Program-made: the position numbers and the translations under genes | The notes under the pieces: generated by a model | The model's input: only the letters and a program-made list of their open reading frames with translations | What the model was told of the DNA's origin: nothing | The model's database searches: none | Shown here: positions 29,931 through 40,655 of the stretch, one piece after another | Layout: every line of letters begins with the position of its first letter | Numbering within the stretch: position 1 is the stretch's first letter | Source of the DNA: Candidatus Latescibacterota bacterium | GTDB taxonomy: Bacteria; Latescibacterota; UBA2968; GCA-2709665 | NCBI GenBank assembly: GCA_965203805.1 | Contig: OZ241917.1 | Span: 256,001 to 320,000, forward strand | Length of the DNA: 64,000 bases | Direction: 5' to 3'

Positions 29931-30260
29931 TTATAGCACGGCCTCGAGTTTTTCAACCAGTTGGTTCTTGGGTACCGCGCCGACAATCTGGTCGGCCAGT
30001 TCACCGTCTTTGAATATGAGCAGCGTCGGGATGCTGCGAATTCCGTAGTCGGCGGCGATTTTCCGTTCGGAGTCGACGTCGACCTTGCCGACCTTGACCC
30101 TGCCCTCGTATTCGACGGCCAACTCGTCCACGATGGGCGCAACCATGCGGCAGGGACCGCACCAGACGGCCCAGAAATCCACGAGTACCGGAATCGAGGA
30201 CTGTACCACTTCAGTCTGAAAGCTGTCGTCGGTTATTGCTATTGCATTTGCCAACGCCAC
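29931..30260 (-). CDS. trxA: Thioredoxin
   Basis: VDFWAVWCGPC, IRSIPTL. Confidence 0.96.
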   Translation of the reverse strand: MALANAIAITDDSFQTEVVQSSIPVLVDFWAVWCGPCRMVAPIVDELAVEYEGRVKVGKVDVDSERKIAADYGIRSIPTLLIFKDGELADQIVGAVPKNQLVEKLEAVL

Positions 30261-30378
30261 ACCGCCTTTCGTTAACTGGTTCGAGTAACATTGAAGCGTT
30301 CACCGCGAGACCGGCGCGCGACGCGCCAGGGGGTTCCTGATTCGAACCGTCGGATGATGGCTTCTTCACTGGTTGTCA

Positions 30379-30407
30379 AATCTACCATGTTTTCAAGGGC
30401 GTGTCAA
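30379..30407 (-). promoter_or_regulatory. Putative sigma70 promoter of trxA
   Basis: Minus-strand TTGACA-17 bp-TAGATT. Confidence 0.55.
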
Positions 30408-30457
30408 GAATCAGAAAAGCGGTTGGGGACATTGAGGGGGAGCCGTATTGCGACCGT

Positions 30458-31486
30458 TCAGCCGGCCGGCCCGGAACAGATGCGGCAGATGAGCCGCGTG
30501 AGCGTGGCGTGAGGTGCTCGAGACCGCGACTTCAGGCGGTTGTCCGCGTGCAGGAGCGCTTCGTAAGCGCGCCACAGGCTCTGTTCGTCAAACTGTGCGG
30601 CCTGCTCGAGGTAACTGGAAACAAAGAACGGAGGAACTCTCAGCTTTCCCGCCATTTCGGACCGCGACAATCCCTGATTCCGGAGCCACCTGGCCTTGCG
30701 AAGAATCCCGATGTGACGCACAAGCATTGCCACAATTGCCACCGGATTGTCTCCGCGTTCCACAAGGCGGTGCAGAACGGACAGGGCATCGCGCGCATTG
30801 CGTTGCCCAACGGCATCGGTGAGTTCGAACACCGTTGCACTTCGCGCGGCGCCGCCAACCTGGATAACGTCGTCGCGCGTGATGGTATCGCGTCCTTGCG
30901 TATAGACGGCCAGCTTTTCGAGTTCACTGGCCAGTTCCCCCGGATTCGGACCCACGCCCAGGTGCAGCATGTGCGCGGCGTCGGGTTCAATGCGTTTTTC
31001 CAGGGTAGCCGCGCGGCTCTGAATCCACCGAGGGAGTTCACTTTCGTAAGGCGGCTTGAACTCCACGGAAACAGCGTTCTTTCTCAAGGCGGCGGAGATC
31101 TTCTTGCGGCCGTCCAGTTTGTCCGCGGTAAATACAAGGACAGTGGTCTCGACCGGGTTGTCGATGAGGGGCAGAAGGGTTCGCGCGTCCGTGTCCCGCA
31201 ACCGTTCCAGGCGCTTGACCACCACAACCCGACGCGACGCCATCATTGGAAAGGCGGTTGCCCGGCTGACCGCGTCGGCCGCATCCATCTCCTCGCCGCG
31301 GAAGATATCCAGGTTGAACGGTTTCGACGCGGGTTCGACGGCTGCGTCGACGAGGGCCGTCAGACTCTCTTCCTTGCTGACGTTTTCAGACCCATGCAGC
31401 AGATACAGGGGTGCGAATTCCCGCCGCTGTATCTGCGCGGTCAGTTTATCCTGAGAATTGCCGGCTCTGGCTTTGGTTTTGGCCAC
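30458..31486 (-). CDS. holA: DNA polymerase III subunit delta
   Basis: PLYLLHG, FNLDIF, FPMMASRRVVVVK, SELEKL, VFELTDAVG; GTG start inferred. Confidence 0.88.
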   Translation of the reverse strand: MAKTKARAGNSQDKLTAQIQRREFAPLYLLHGSENVSKEESLTALVDAAVEPASKPFNLDIFRGEEMDAADAVSRATAFPMMASRRVVVVKRLERLRDTDARTLLPLIDNPVETTVLVFTADKLDGRKKISAALRKNAVSVEFKPPYESELPRWIQSRAATLEKRIEPDAAHMLHLGVGPNPGELASELEKLAVYTQGRDTITRDDVIQVGGAARSATVFELTDAVGQRNARDALSVLHRLVERGDNPVAIVAMLVRHIGILRKARWLRNQGLSRSEMAGKLRVPPFFVSSYLEQAAQFDEQSLWRAYEALLHADNRLKSRSRAPHATLTRLICRICSGPAG

Positions 31487-31568
31487 GGTCGTGTTGGACG
31501 GGAAAGAAGCGAACAACCATAATACATGTGCCGTTGCCCGCCGGCGTCGCGCGGACAGAGACAGAACA

Positions 31569-31760
31569 CTAGCTGTCAAGGTCGCGAAATTCAGCATCGC
31601 GAATCCGATTCCTGCTGTCTCGCCAGGATGGCTTCTTGCCGGCTGTACGGGCCTCGTCCTTTGCCCTGGCGACCCATCGAAGCGTGGATCGCAAACCGTC
31701 CCGAAGCACGCGGTAAACCAGACCCAGCAACAGGCCGAACAGGAAAATGCGCAGCAACAT
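31569..31760 (-). CDS. Small membrane protein (N-terminal TM, C-terminal IRDAEFRD motif)
   Basis: Hydrophobic N-terminus and a DAEF tail typical of small proteins; lies in operon after purM. Confidence 0.6.
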   Translation of the reverse strand: MLLRIFLFGLLLGLVYRVLRDGLRSTLRWVARAKDEARTAGKKPSWRDSRNRIRDAEFRDLDS

Positions 31761-31772
31761 GGTGTACTCCCG

Positions 31773-32816
31773 CTACAGGATTTGAACACCGGATCCCGGA
31801 TCCTTCACAATTTCCCCGACGACGTAGCCTGTATCTCCACTTTGCCTCAACGCTTCTATCGCTTTCTCCGCCTGGCCGGAAGGCACGACAAGCAGCATCC
31901 CCAGACCCATGTTGAATACCCGAAACATCTCGTCGGTGGCGACGTCCTCGCCCACCCGCTGCAAAAGGCTGAAAACGGGAAGTTCGGGCCAGGTCCCCCA
32001 GTAAATACGAGCGCCAAGCCCGTCCGGAAGGGTGCGCGGGAGGTTGTCGACGATCCCTCCGCCGGTGACGTGGGCCATCCCCCGTACGGACACGGCTTCC
32101 ATGAGACCGAAGGCCGTCGACACGTAATTCCGGTGAGGCGCCAGCAGGGCTTCGCCAATAGTCGCGTCGAGTTCGGTAAGGTGGGTGTCCACGGTCCATC
32201 CCGCGGTTTCGAAGAACAGCCTGCGCGCCAGGGAATACCCGTTTGTGTGAAGGCCGTACGACGGCAGACCGATGAGTTTGTCGCCCGCTTGAACCCTGGA
32301 GCCGTCCAGAATGTCTTTCCTGTTGACAATGCCGATGATCGTCCCCGCCAGGTCGTATTCGCCTTCCGCGTAAAAATCGGGCATTTCCGCCATTTCGCCG
32401 CCCAGCAGGGCGCATCCGCAGGCCTTGCATCCGTTTGCGATTCCCTCGATGACGGCCTCGGCGACGGAGGAATCGTGTTTCCCCATGGCGAGGTAGTCCA
32501 GGAAGAAGAGCGGGCGCGCGCCCTGTACGAGAATGTCGTTGGCGCAGTGCGCCACGAGGTCGGCTCCAACCGTATTGTGGACACCGGTCATGAAAGCGAT
32601 TTTGAGCTTCGTGCCCACGCCGTCCGTTCCGGCAACCAGGACCGGATCCCGGTACGCCTCCCACTGAGGAGCAAAAAGGCCGCCGAATCCACCGATGTCG
32701 GTGAGGACTTCAGGGCCGAATGTCGATCGTACCAGGCTGCCAATGCCTTTTTTCGTTCGACTGGCGCGCTCGATGTCCACGCCGGCGGCGGCGTATGCGC
32801 CCGGTTCTTCCGTCAT
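31773..32816 (-). CDS. purM: Phosphoribosylformylglycinamidine cyclo-ligase
   Basis: YAAAGVDI, GGFGG, TDGVGTKL, GGEMAEMP, GLHTNGYS, VFNMG. Confidence 0.97.
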   Translation of the reverse strand: MTEEPGAYAAAGVDIERASRTKKGIGSLVRSTFGPEVLTDIGGFGGLFAPQWEAYRDPVLVAGTDGVGTKLKIAFMTGVHNTVGADLVAHCANDILVQGARPLFFLDYLAMGKHDSSVAEAVIEGIANGCKACGCALLGGEMAEMPDFYAEGEYDLAGTIIGIVNRKDILDGSRVQAGDKLIGLPSYGLHTNGYSLARRLFFETAGWTVDTHLTELDATIGEALLAPHRNYVSTAFGLMEAVSVRGMAHVTGGGIVDNLPRTLPDGLGARIYWGTWPELPVFSLLQRVGEDVATDEMFRVFNMGLGMLLVVPSGQAEKAIEALRQSGDTGYVVGEIVKDPGSGVQIL

Positions 32817-32915
32817 CGGGTTTCCGTCCGTCGTTTGCTGATACTCAAGGGAGGTGTGACAGATTCGAATTTCGCATTCTCAGTCGGGCTTGCGATCCTA
32901 TTCGGTTACACGGCG

Positions 32916-33872
32916 TTATTCCACGGCGCCGCACGCCTGCTGCGTTAAATGTCCGCGTGCCGCCGGGAGGCCGGGATTCCCACCGGGCGTCGCGCTGTCT
33001 GCGCCGGCGGCCGCAACGATCTGTTCCGCGACTCGCACTGCGCGAACGGCTGCGGCAACGTCGTGCACGCGCAACATGTGAGCCCCGGCGGCCACAGAGA
33101 GACCCACCGCGGCCAGCGTGCCTTCCAGCCGTTCTCCCGGCGGAAGTTCCAGCGCGGCGCCGAGGAATTTTTTGCGTGACGGGCCCACCAGCAGTGGGCA
33201 GCCGAGGCCGTGGAATTCGTCCAGACGGGCGAGGATTTCAAAGTTATGGGAATTTCGTTTTCCGAATCCCAGGCCCGGGTCGATCAGTATGCGGTCGGGA
33301 GCTATCCCGGCGTCCAGGGCTGCGGACCGGCGAGTGTCGAGAAAGTCGATCACCTCACGCAGCATGTTACCGTACGTCGGCTTGATCTGCATGGTTCGGG
33401 GCGTACCTTTCATGTGCATAAGCACAACCGCCGCGCCCGATTGTGCGACGGTTTCGGGCATCAGGGAGTCGAATCGCATCGCGCTTATGTCATTGACGAT
33501 GCGCGCGCCCGACGCTATCGCTTTTCGCGCGACTGCCGCTTTGGTGGTGTCTACGGAGATGATGAGATCGTTTCTGGACGCGATTGCTTCGATCACGGGC
33601 GCGGTACGCCGGATTTCCTCTTCAGTCGAAACGGGATGGGCTCCCGCGCCGTATGTGCCGGCTGGACGGCTGGATTCACCGCCTACGTCGATGATGTCCG
33701 CCCCTTCTTCGACCATCCTGAGCGCGCGTTCAACGGCCGGCTGCGGCTCGAAATAACGTCCGCCGTCGGCGAAAGAGTCGGGCGTGACGTTGAGAACACC
33801 CATGATCAGGGTTCGTGAACCCAGGTGCAGGACATTATCCCGGCAAACGAGCCGACGAGAGGGGGATTTCAT
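32916..33872 (-). CDS. folP: Dihydropteroate synthase
   Basis: MGVLNVTPDSF, IDVGGESSRP, DPGLGFGK, SRK, RVHDV. Confidence 0.95.
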   Translation of the reverse strand: MKSPSRRLVCRDNVLHLGSRTLIMGVLNVTPDSFADGGRYFEPQPAVERALRMVEEGADIIDVGGESSRPAGTYGAGAHPVSTEEEIRRTAPVIEAIASRNDLIISVDTTKAAVARKAIASGARIVNDISAMRFDSLMPETVAQSGAAVVLMHMKGTPRTMQIKPTYGNMLREVIDFLDTRRSAALDAGIAPDRILIDPGLGFGKRNSHNFEILARLDEFHGLGCPLLVGPSRKKFLGAALELPPGERLEGTLAAVGLSVAAGAHMLRVHDVAAAVRAVRVAEQIVAAAGADSATPGGNPGLPAARGHLTQQACGAVE

Positions 33873-34153
33873 GTAACGCATGGAAAAGCCGGACATGCGA
33901 AAGGGATGGCAAAGTGACACGACCATTTACCATCCCCCGGTGAGAATCGAGATCCGCGTTTGACGTTGAATCGTCAGTCTTCGGGGACGTTGACTTGAAT
34001 ATATACTGACGGATAAAGGCGATTTGACATCGGATTTCCAGGATGCTTGAGGTCAATGACGTGTAGGGAAAAAGTGTCCGTCCGGTTGACCCTTCCGGCC
34101 CGTTTCGGAAGGTTTCGTCGCAATGCCGCGTTGCTGTATTTTTCGAATTATCG

Positions 34154-36301
34154 CTAATCGTCGTTATCGGAAGCTTCCCGAGATTCGGCGGTCCCTTCCT
34201 CCGCGGCGGGTGCGTCCGAATCCTCCGCGTCGGCAGTTGCGTCCTGTTTGGGCCGTCCGTTGTGAGATTCCGACGGTTCAGGCGGCTTTTGCAACTTCTC
34301 TCCAGCGAGAATGCGGTCGAGCTGGGAGTCGTCGAGCACTTCGAACTCCAGCAGCGCGTCGGCCAGCACGTGGACCTGGGCGATATTCTCCCGCAGCAGG
34401 GATTCCGCCCGTTCCTCCGCGGTCAGGACGAAGCTGCGGATTTCGTCGTCGATGACTTGCGCGACTTTTTCGCTGAAATCCCGGCGCTGGGCCATTTCCC
34501 GGCCCAGGAAGACCTCGTCCTGTCTGTTGCCGTAGGAAATAGGACCGAGCTTGTCGCTCATGCCCCAGTCGCAGACCATCCTGCGGGCCAGGTCCGTGGC
34601 CATCTTGTAGTCCTGCTGCCCGCCGCTGGATACTTCTCCAAACACGATTTTCTCCGCTACCCGCCCACCCAACGCGTAGGTGAGAACAGCGTCGCTGTAG
34701 CTCCTGGAATAGTTGTGGCGTTCGTCGATCGGCAGATACGTGGTCAGGCCGAGGGATTGGCCGCGGGGAATAATCGTGACTTTATGCACCGGATCGGACT
34801 CGGGAACGAGCTTGGCCACCAGCGCGTGACCGATCTCGTGATATGCCGTGCGCTTCTTTTCCGAGTCGGAGATGACCAGGCTGCGCCTTTCCACGCCCAT
34901 AATGACCTTGTCTTTCGCATTCTCGAAGTCTTCCATAACCACGGAGGTCCGGTCGTACCTGGAGGCGAGCAGGGCCGCCTCGTTCACCAGATTCTCCAGG
35001 TCGGCCTGCGTGAAGCCGGGCGTGGCGCGGGCAAGCACGGCCAGGTCCACGTCCTTGTCCAGGGGCGTATTCCGGATGTGGACCTTCAGCACGCCTTCCC
35101 TGCCCTTGACGTCGGGCCGGTCCACAACGACCTGCCGGTCGAAACGGCCCGGTCGCAGAAGCGCCGGATCGAGTACGTCCGGCCGGTTGGTCGCCGCAAT
35201 GAGAATGACGCCTTCCTTGGAGTCGAATCCGTCCATCTCAACCAGCAACTGGTTGAGCGTCTGCTCCCGCTCGTCGTGGCCTCCGCCGATGCCGGCGCCG
35301 CGGTGCCGCCCGACTGCGTCGATTTCGTCGATGAAAATGATGCACGGCGCATTGGCCTTGCCCTGTTCGAACAGGTCTCGTACGCGGGAGGCGCCGACAC
35401 CCACGAACATCTCGACGAAGTCGGAGCCGCTCATACTGTAAAACGGCACCCCGGCCTCGCCGGCCACGGCTTTCGCCATGTACGTCTTGCCGGTACCCGG
35501 CGGCCCGACGAGGAGGACGCCCTTGGGGATCCTGCCGCCGAGCCTCTGGAATTTCCGGGGATCCTTGAGATACTCGATGATTTCCTGGAGTTCCTGTTTG
35601 GCCTCGTCGGATCCGGCAACGTCTTTAAACGTGACTTTCGGGCGGTCTTCCGAAACCAGCTTCGCCCTGCTCTTGCCGAAGCTGAACGCGCCTTTCGGAC
35701 CTCCCTGCATCTGCCGGAAGATGAACAGCCAGAGGCCGACGAAGAGCAGCCACGGCAGGAAGTTGAAGAACACCTTCAACCAGTCGAAGGGTTTATCCTG
35801 GAACCGAAAGTCGATCTCGTACTTTTCCCAGTCGGCTATTGCCTCTTCGCCGATGACGCCCAGGTTGACCACAAAGGTGCGGTATGCCTGTTGCGAGCCC
35901 CGGCTGGTTGCATATTCGGGTTCGCGCAGCGTACCATAGAAATCACTGTCGATGATGACGGCGCTTTCAATCTTGCCCTGTTTCATCAGCGTTCTGTATT
36001 CCTTATAGCTCAGGACCACCTCGCCCGAGCCGGTACTGCTTCCGAAGAACCGGGTCGCGAACAGGGCGACCAGGACAAAAAAGACCCAGAACGCAAGCGT
36101 CTTTGAGCGTCGACGCCACTCGCTGCCGTTGTTCTCGGGACCGGACCCGGGCTCCCGGTTGTGGCGCGGCCGCGGCCGGTTCCGCGGCGTCTCGGGCGCG
36201 TCCCGGTCCCCGTCGGATTCAGGTTTCAGTTCCGGCGCAGGCGGCTTCATTTCCTTCGGTTCCGCGGCCGGAGTCTCTTCCTGGTCTTTGCGATCTGCCA
36301 T
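34154..36301 (-). CDS. ftsH: ATP-dependent zinc metalloprotease FtsH
   Basis: Two TMs, [26 protein letters not shown]. Confidence 0.97.
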   Translation of the reverse strand: MADRKDQEETPAAEPKEMKPPAPELKPESDGDRDAPETPRNRPRPRHNREPGSGPENNGSEWRRRSKTLAFWVFFVLVALFATRFFGSSTGSGEVVLSYKEYRTLMKQGKIESAVIIDSDFYGTLREPEYATSRGSQQAYRTFVVNLGVIGEEAIADWEKYEIDFRFQDKPFDWLKVFFNFLPWLLFVGLWLFIFRQMQGGPKGAFSFGKSRAKLVSEDRPKVTFKDVAGSDEAKQELQEIIEYLKDPRKFQRLGGRIPKGVLLVGPPGTGKTYMAKAVAGEAGVPFYSMSGSDFVEMFVGVGASRVRDLFEQGKANAPCIIFIDEIDAVGRHRGAGIGGGHDEREQTLNQLLVEMDGFDSKEGVILIAATNRPDVLDPALLRPGRFDRQVVVDRPDVKGREGVLKVHIRNTPLDKDVDLAVLARATPGFTQADLENLVNEAALLASRYDRTSVVMEDFENAKDKVIMGVERRSLVISDSEKKRTAYHEIGHALVAKLVPESDPVHKVTIIPRGQSLGLTTYLPIDERHNYSRSYSDAVLTYALGGRVAEKIVFGEVSSGGQQDYKMATDLARRMVCDWGMSDKLGPISYGNRQDEVFLGREMAQRRDFSEKVAQVIDDEIRSFVLTAEERAESLLRENIAQVHVLADALLEFEVLDDSQLDRILAGEKLQKPPEPSESHNGRPKQDATADAEDSDAPAAEEGTAESREASDNDD

Positions 36302-36324
36302 AAATACCGCCTCGACGAACTTGC

Positions 36325-37749
36325 TTAAGAGGAAGCGATTACGTGTCCCCAACCACCCCTGAAGGTGACGTCCAGCACAGTTTCTGCCCGATGGGTGACG
36401 GCCGTTGGACGGGCCGTACGCAAGCCGACCACCCAAAGGATGGCCTTCCCGTCCATAAGCAGCGGGATTTCGTCACGCAACGGCCTGGGAATCTTGAGGT
36501 TGATAAACAGGTCGCTGATTTTTTTCGTTCCATTCAGGCCGAACGGCGCGAAACGGTCCGCCCGGCGCCGGTTTCTCAGTGTCAGGCCGCCGGCAAGCGT
36601 ATCCCGGTCGAAACAGGCGCGAAACGGATCGCTCGTCAGATCATGCGCTCGCACCTGGCTGGCTGGACGGATCCTCGTCTCCAGGACGGCGCCGATTTCC
36701 GGAATTTCGGTGACGCCCGGAACCGCCACTTCGGTCTCGAACGCCGGCGTTGGCCGACTCACGATCAGCCATGGGCCGGCACGATGAACGGAGATACCGG
36801 AAGCTGCCTGAACCGCGCCGGCAGGTGCATGACGCAGGGAATCCATGCGCCTGACACTCTGCTCGTCCAGGTCTCGCGCACAGCCTCGAAGTCGAAAAAA
36901 GGCCGTTCTGAAAATCCTGCGTCGAAGTGCTATATGATAACCGAAAACGGCGTTTTCATCAAGAATTATTTTTCGCTTGCCCTCGTAGCGAAGAGCCTTT
37001 CGGTAGGCCGATTCCGCCTGCAGATCGAGCAGTTGATCTTCCCCCTGGATGATCTCCGCGGACCTTGCCAGGGCCGCCTCGATGTCGGGGTTGTATTCCG
37101 ACGCGAGCTTCGGCAGGAGACGATGCCGGATCCGGTTCCTGAGAAAGCGGTCATCCGCGTTGGAATCGTCGCGGCGCACGCGCAGGCTCCGGTGGTCCAC
37201 ATAGGCCTCGATCTGTTGGCGCGAAACCGTCAGGAGGGGGCGGATCCAGATGCCGTCGCGGATCGGTCTGATCGCGCCCAACCCGGTCGGACCGGCGCCG
37301 CTGAACAGGCGCATCAGTACAGTTTCGGCCTGATCGCTGCGTGTATGGCCCAATGCGATCCGCGCGGCGCCCGCGGTCCGCATTACGCGTTCTAGAAACG
37401 CGAGGCGCGCTTCGCGGGCAGCCGCTTCCGGAGAGCCCCTCATCACCACGGTGGCGCGCTCCGAATAGAACGGGAGACCCATCGAGGCGGCGAGGTCTCT
37501 TACGAATCGCTCGTCCATATCGGATGCCGCGCCCCTGAGTTGATGGTTGAGGTGGGCCACGCAGAGCCGGATATCGAGAGATTCGCGAAGCCTGAACAGC
37601 AGATCCAGAAGCGATACGGAGTCCGGCCCGCCCGATACGCCGATCACAATCCTGTCCCCGCCCCGGATCATCTCGTGCCGGTCAATGTGGGAATGCACGG
37701 ACTGGAGCAGGTCGGGAGGATCGGAGTCGGGTTTTTTTTTCGGATCCAT
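36325..37749 (-). CDS. tilS: tRNA(Ile)-lysidine synthase
   Basis: [34 protein letters not shown]. Confidence 0.95.
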   Translation of the reverse strand: MDPKKKPDSDPPDLLQSVHSHIDRHEMIRGGDRIVIGVSGGPDSVSLLDLLFRLRESLDIRLCVAHLNHQLRGAASDMDERFVRDLAASMGLPFYSERATVVMRGSPEAAAREARLAFLERVMRTAGAARIALGHTRSDQAETVLMRLFSGAGPTGLGAIRPIRDGIWIRPLLTVSRQQIEAYVDHRSLRVRRDDSNADDRFLRNRIRHRLLPKLASEYNPDIEAALARSAEIIQGEDQLLDLQAESAYRKALRYEGKRKIILDENAVFGYHIALRRRIFRTAFFRLRGCARDLDEQSVRRMDSLRHAPAGAVQAASGISVHRAGPWLIVSRPTPAFETEVAVPGVTEIPEIGAVLETRIRPASQVRAHDLTSDPFRACFDRDTLAGGLTLRNRRRADRFAPFGLNGTKKISDLFINLKIPRPLRDEIPLLMDGKAILWVVGLRTARPTAVTHRAETVLDVTFRGGWGHVIASS

Positions 37750-38003
37750 GGTGGCATTGCGCGAAAGTGCAGGCACAGACGGCAAAGGGTGCCTTGCCGG
37801 GTGTCCGACGTGACCCCGTGCGGCGAGTGAAGTCAGATCCGGAAGCATGCGGATTGTCTGCATTTCAACTGTTAGACGCCGCAGAAATCGGTTCGGTTTC
37901 TGAAAAACCGGCGCCGGTCGGTCTATCTGTAACGAACTATAGACTTTTGCGCGCTGCAGCCGGGCCCGACATAATGGATGTTCCATGATATCGGGGAAAG
38001 AAA

Positions 38004-38037
38004 AGAAAAAACACGCTGATTTCAGCGTGTTTTTTCT
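38004..38037. terminator. Bidirectional-type intrinsic terminator ending the redox operon
   Basis: AGAAAAAACACGCTG-ATTT-CAGCGTGTTTTTTCT. Confidence 0.85.
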
Positions 38038-38057
38038 ACGTAATGACTACCTTCAAT

Positions 38058-39038
38058 TCAGGGCACGCGTTTGCCGAAGTTTTTCGCGAATTCCAGAAAG
38101 TCGCGAAAGTCGACCAGCCCGCTTCCGTCAAGGTCGAAGGTGGCGTTGTCGGTGTTGAAGGCCTGTGCGAATGCGATGAAGTCGCTGAATCCGATTTCGC
38201 CGTCATTGTCGAAGTCGGCCCGGGGATTGACGGGGACGATGACGGCCGTTCCGGAGAACGAGACGGTAATGCTGCGGTTTTCAGGGTCGTTGCTCAGAAT
38301 TGTGAGGGTGCCGGAGAATGGACCGCCCTCCGAGGGTGTAAAGGTGATATCGACGGTCCCGCTGTCGCCGGGCGCGACCATGAGTCTCGTGCGGCTGAAC
38401 GTGACGCCCTCGAGGTCGGACTCCATGTTCGAAATCCTGAGGGGCTCCCCTCCGGTATTCTTCACGACGAGGGTAAGGGTCCTGGCTTCTCCGGCGGGAA
38501 CGTCCTCGCCTAAGTCGAGAGATGTATTGGCGAGGCTGATTGCCGGCGGCGCGACGGCCAGCAATCCCCGGATACTCGTCGCCGCGGCGCTGAGACCGGA
38601 AGCGCCGCGGCCGATGTGCCGGACGATCCCTTCACGGTCCGCGACCAGCATCGTGTGGGTCCCGTGAGATCCCCTGACACTGCCTGCCTTAAGCAGGAGG
38701 GGAAACGTGATCGAAGTCGTTGATTGAAATCCTTGAAGTTGGGACTGACTGCCATTGTAGATGTCGAGCCCCAGGACCGCAACGCCGTCATCCTGGAACG
38801 CCTTCCAGATCTGCTGTTCAATGGACGGACCCGCCGCCCTGCAGGTGGGTCAGTTGTGGCCCAGGTAATAGAGAACCAGAATGCTGCCCTTGTAATTCGC
38901 GGTGGCGTAGGTTTTCCCGTCCAGCCCCGTCAGCGAGAAGGTGGGCGCCGCGTCTCCGACACTCTGGGCTTCGGCGGGTTCCGGCGGGTTGAGTCCGAAG
39001 AGCAGAAGAAACACAAGGCACGTCGCGATTCGACTCAT
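38058..39038 (-). CDS. Secreted selenoprotein: AhpC/TSA-TlpA redoxin (UxxC) + Ig-like domain + double EF-hand/dockerin-like domain
   Basis: ORFs 38850-39038 and 38058-38651 are in one frame and separated only by TGA at 38852-38850, read as HN-U-PTC; signal peptide; SD AAGGAGG; 326 aa. Confidence 0.85.
38823..38849 (-). promoter_or_regulatory. Candidate bacterial SECIS element
   Basis: UGA + 10 nt + stem GGGCGG / loop CGGGU / CCGUCC; loop starts 16 nt from UGA, with G at loop position 2. Confidence 0.65.
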
Positions 39039-39071
39039 CGAAGGCCTCCTTTAAGAAAGTGAAGGTTTGTG

Positions 39072-40655
39072 TCAGAAATAGGTCTTAAAACGCATTTCAA
39101 GTCCATTGAACGGCAATACCTGATAGCATGTCCCCGATGTACACGCGGCGCCGCCCCGCCTCCGGCCGGCGAAGACGAGGGCTTCGTATCTGTCGAGGAA
39201 GGCGGCGTTGAGATTGACCGCCACCCAGGTCCGCGACCCGGTTTCGATCCGGTCCGTCGTGGCGCTATCATCCACTTCGAACGGGTCGTTGGTGCGATCC
39301 AGAACGAGAGCGGCCCCCACGCCCGAGGGATGCTGGAATGAAAACTGGGCATACACGTCACGGAACGTCGGCTCGTTTCGGGGAAGCCTTGCCGCGCGTC
39401 GGACCTGCAGATCGAAGCCCGTGACAGCCCCGCCGGGTGCGATGGACTCGATTCCCGCGCCGGCAATCCTGTGCATTCGGATGCCCTTCAATTCGTCTTT
39501 GCCCCAATCCACGAACAGGCTGGTCGAAATCGCGCGGCCGTGGTCTTCCGGGTGGTGGTCGATGTCCAGGCCGACGTACCGTTCATTGAAAGTCGTCGCG
39601 AATCCGGGCGCCAGTTCGTTCTTCCCCTTACTGATGTTTGCCGTCAGCGTCCCCAGCCCGAAAATCGAATACGTGGCCTCCGCCTGATAGCCCGTTTCCG
39701 TATCGGCAATCAGGGCATGGGTGGCCCGGTTGAGCAGGACGGCCGAGTGTTCGCGGACCAGGGAAGGGGGATCGTTGAAACTGAAGGCGAAATTCTCATA
39801 GTCCTTGTATTCCAGGCTGAGACCCAGGTTGGAAATCCCGGCGTTTGCCGAAAGATACAGAGCGCTGCCGTCCACGTGCACGTCGTTCAGCCCTGCGTAT
39901 TCCGCGTATACGGTCGCGTACAGGTCAGAGAATCCGGATGCTTCAAATGCCGGCGTGACGTCCAGCTCCAGGAAACCCGACCACGATCGGGTCGAATCAA
40001 GCCCGGAGGCGTGGTGACTGACGGCCGTAACACCGGCCTTAATTTGGCTGGCAGGCTGAAGCGAGACCTCGCCTCCGACCAGCCAGCTATCGCGCCGCGG
40101 CAGGTCCTGGAGCGGGTTGCCCACTCGAACCGCGGGCGGAATGTCACTTAATACGGGTCGCCCGATCAGGGCTTTGGCCCCGGCCCGCGGCCCCGTCCAG
40201 GTGGCCATGCCTCCCTCGAGGTCTCGCGAAGGCGAATAGCGTCGCCGGTATTGCCCGCTCTCCAGAATTACGCCCGGCAGATCGAATGCCCTGAGCGTGA
40301 TACCCCGACCCAGGATGGCATAGTAGTTGCCCGCAACCAGTTCGGCGGGTCCATGGGTCCACCGCAGTTGTTTCTGGGCCAGATGCACAACCTGGTATTC
40401 GACCTGTGAAAGCGGCGAGTCGCGACCGGTGTTGCGCCATGCGTTGAAAATCTCGGCCTGCAGGCCCGCCTGAAATTCACCCCGGGTGTAACTGATATCG
40501 AACTGTTCGTAAAGGTTCGAAATTGCAAGCGAATCCGAGCCCGGTACGCGTCCCCGCTGGACTTCGGTCAGGCTGGATGCAGTCACCTGCGCGACCGCGG
40601 GCTGCGCCGTCGACAGCAGTATTGGCACGATCAGGTTATTGATCAGCGCTCGCAT
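39072..40655 (-). CDS. DUF6029-like outer-membrane beta-barrel protein
   Basis: Signal peptide, GNYYAILGRGITLR, EYKDY, C-terminal RRGGAACTSGTC and terminal Phe. Confidence 0.7.
   Translation of the reverse strand: MRALINNLIVPILLSTAQPAVAQVTASSLTEVQRGRVPGSDSLAISNLYEQFDISYTRGEFQAGLQAEIFNAWRNTGRDSPLSQVEYQVVHLAQKQLRWTHGPAELVAGNYYAILGRGITLRAFDLPGVILESGQYRRRYSPSRDLEGGMATWTGPRAGAKALIGRPVLSDIPPAVRVGNPLQDLPRRDSWLVGGEVSLQPASQIKAGVTAVSHHASGLDSTRSWSGFLELDVTPAFEASGFSDLYATVYAEYAGLNDVHVDGSALYLSANAGISNLGLSLEYKDYENFAFSFNDPPSLVREHSAVLLNRATHALIADTETGYQAEATYSIFGLGTLTANISKGKNELAPGFATTFNERYVGLDIDHHPEDHGRAISTSLFVDWGKDELKGIRMHRIAGAGIESIAPGGAVTGFDLQVRRAARLPRNEPTFRDVYAQFSFQHPSGVGAALVLDRTNDPFEVDDSATTDRIETGSRTWVAVNLNAAFLDRYEALVFAGRRRGGAACTSGTCYQVLPFNGLEMRFKTYF

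Noticed and set aside
38850-39038. Treating the 62-aa and 197-aa ORFs as two genes or a pseudogene
   Set aside because: A single frame with UGA at the catalytic Cys position and a SECIS-like hairpin fits selenocysteine better
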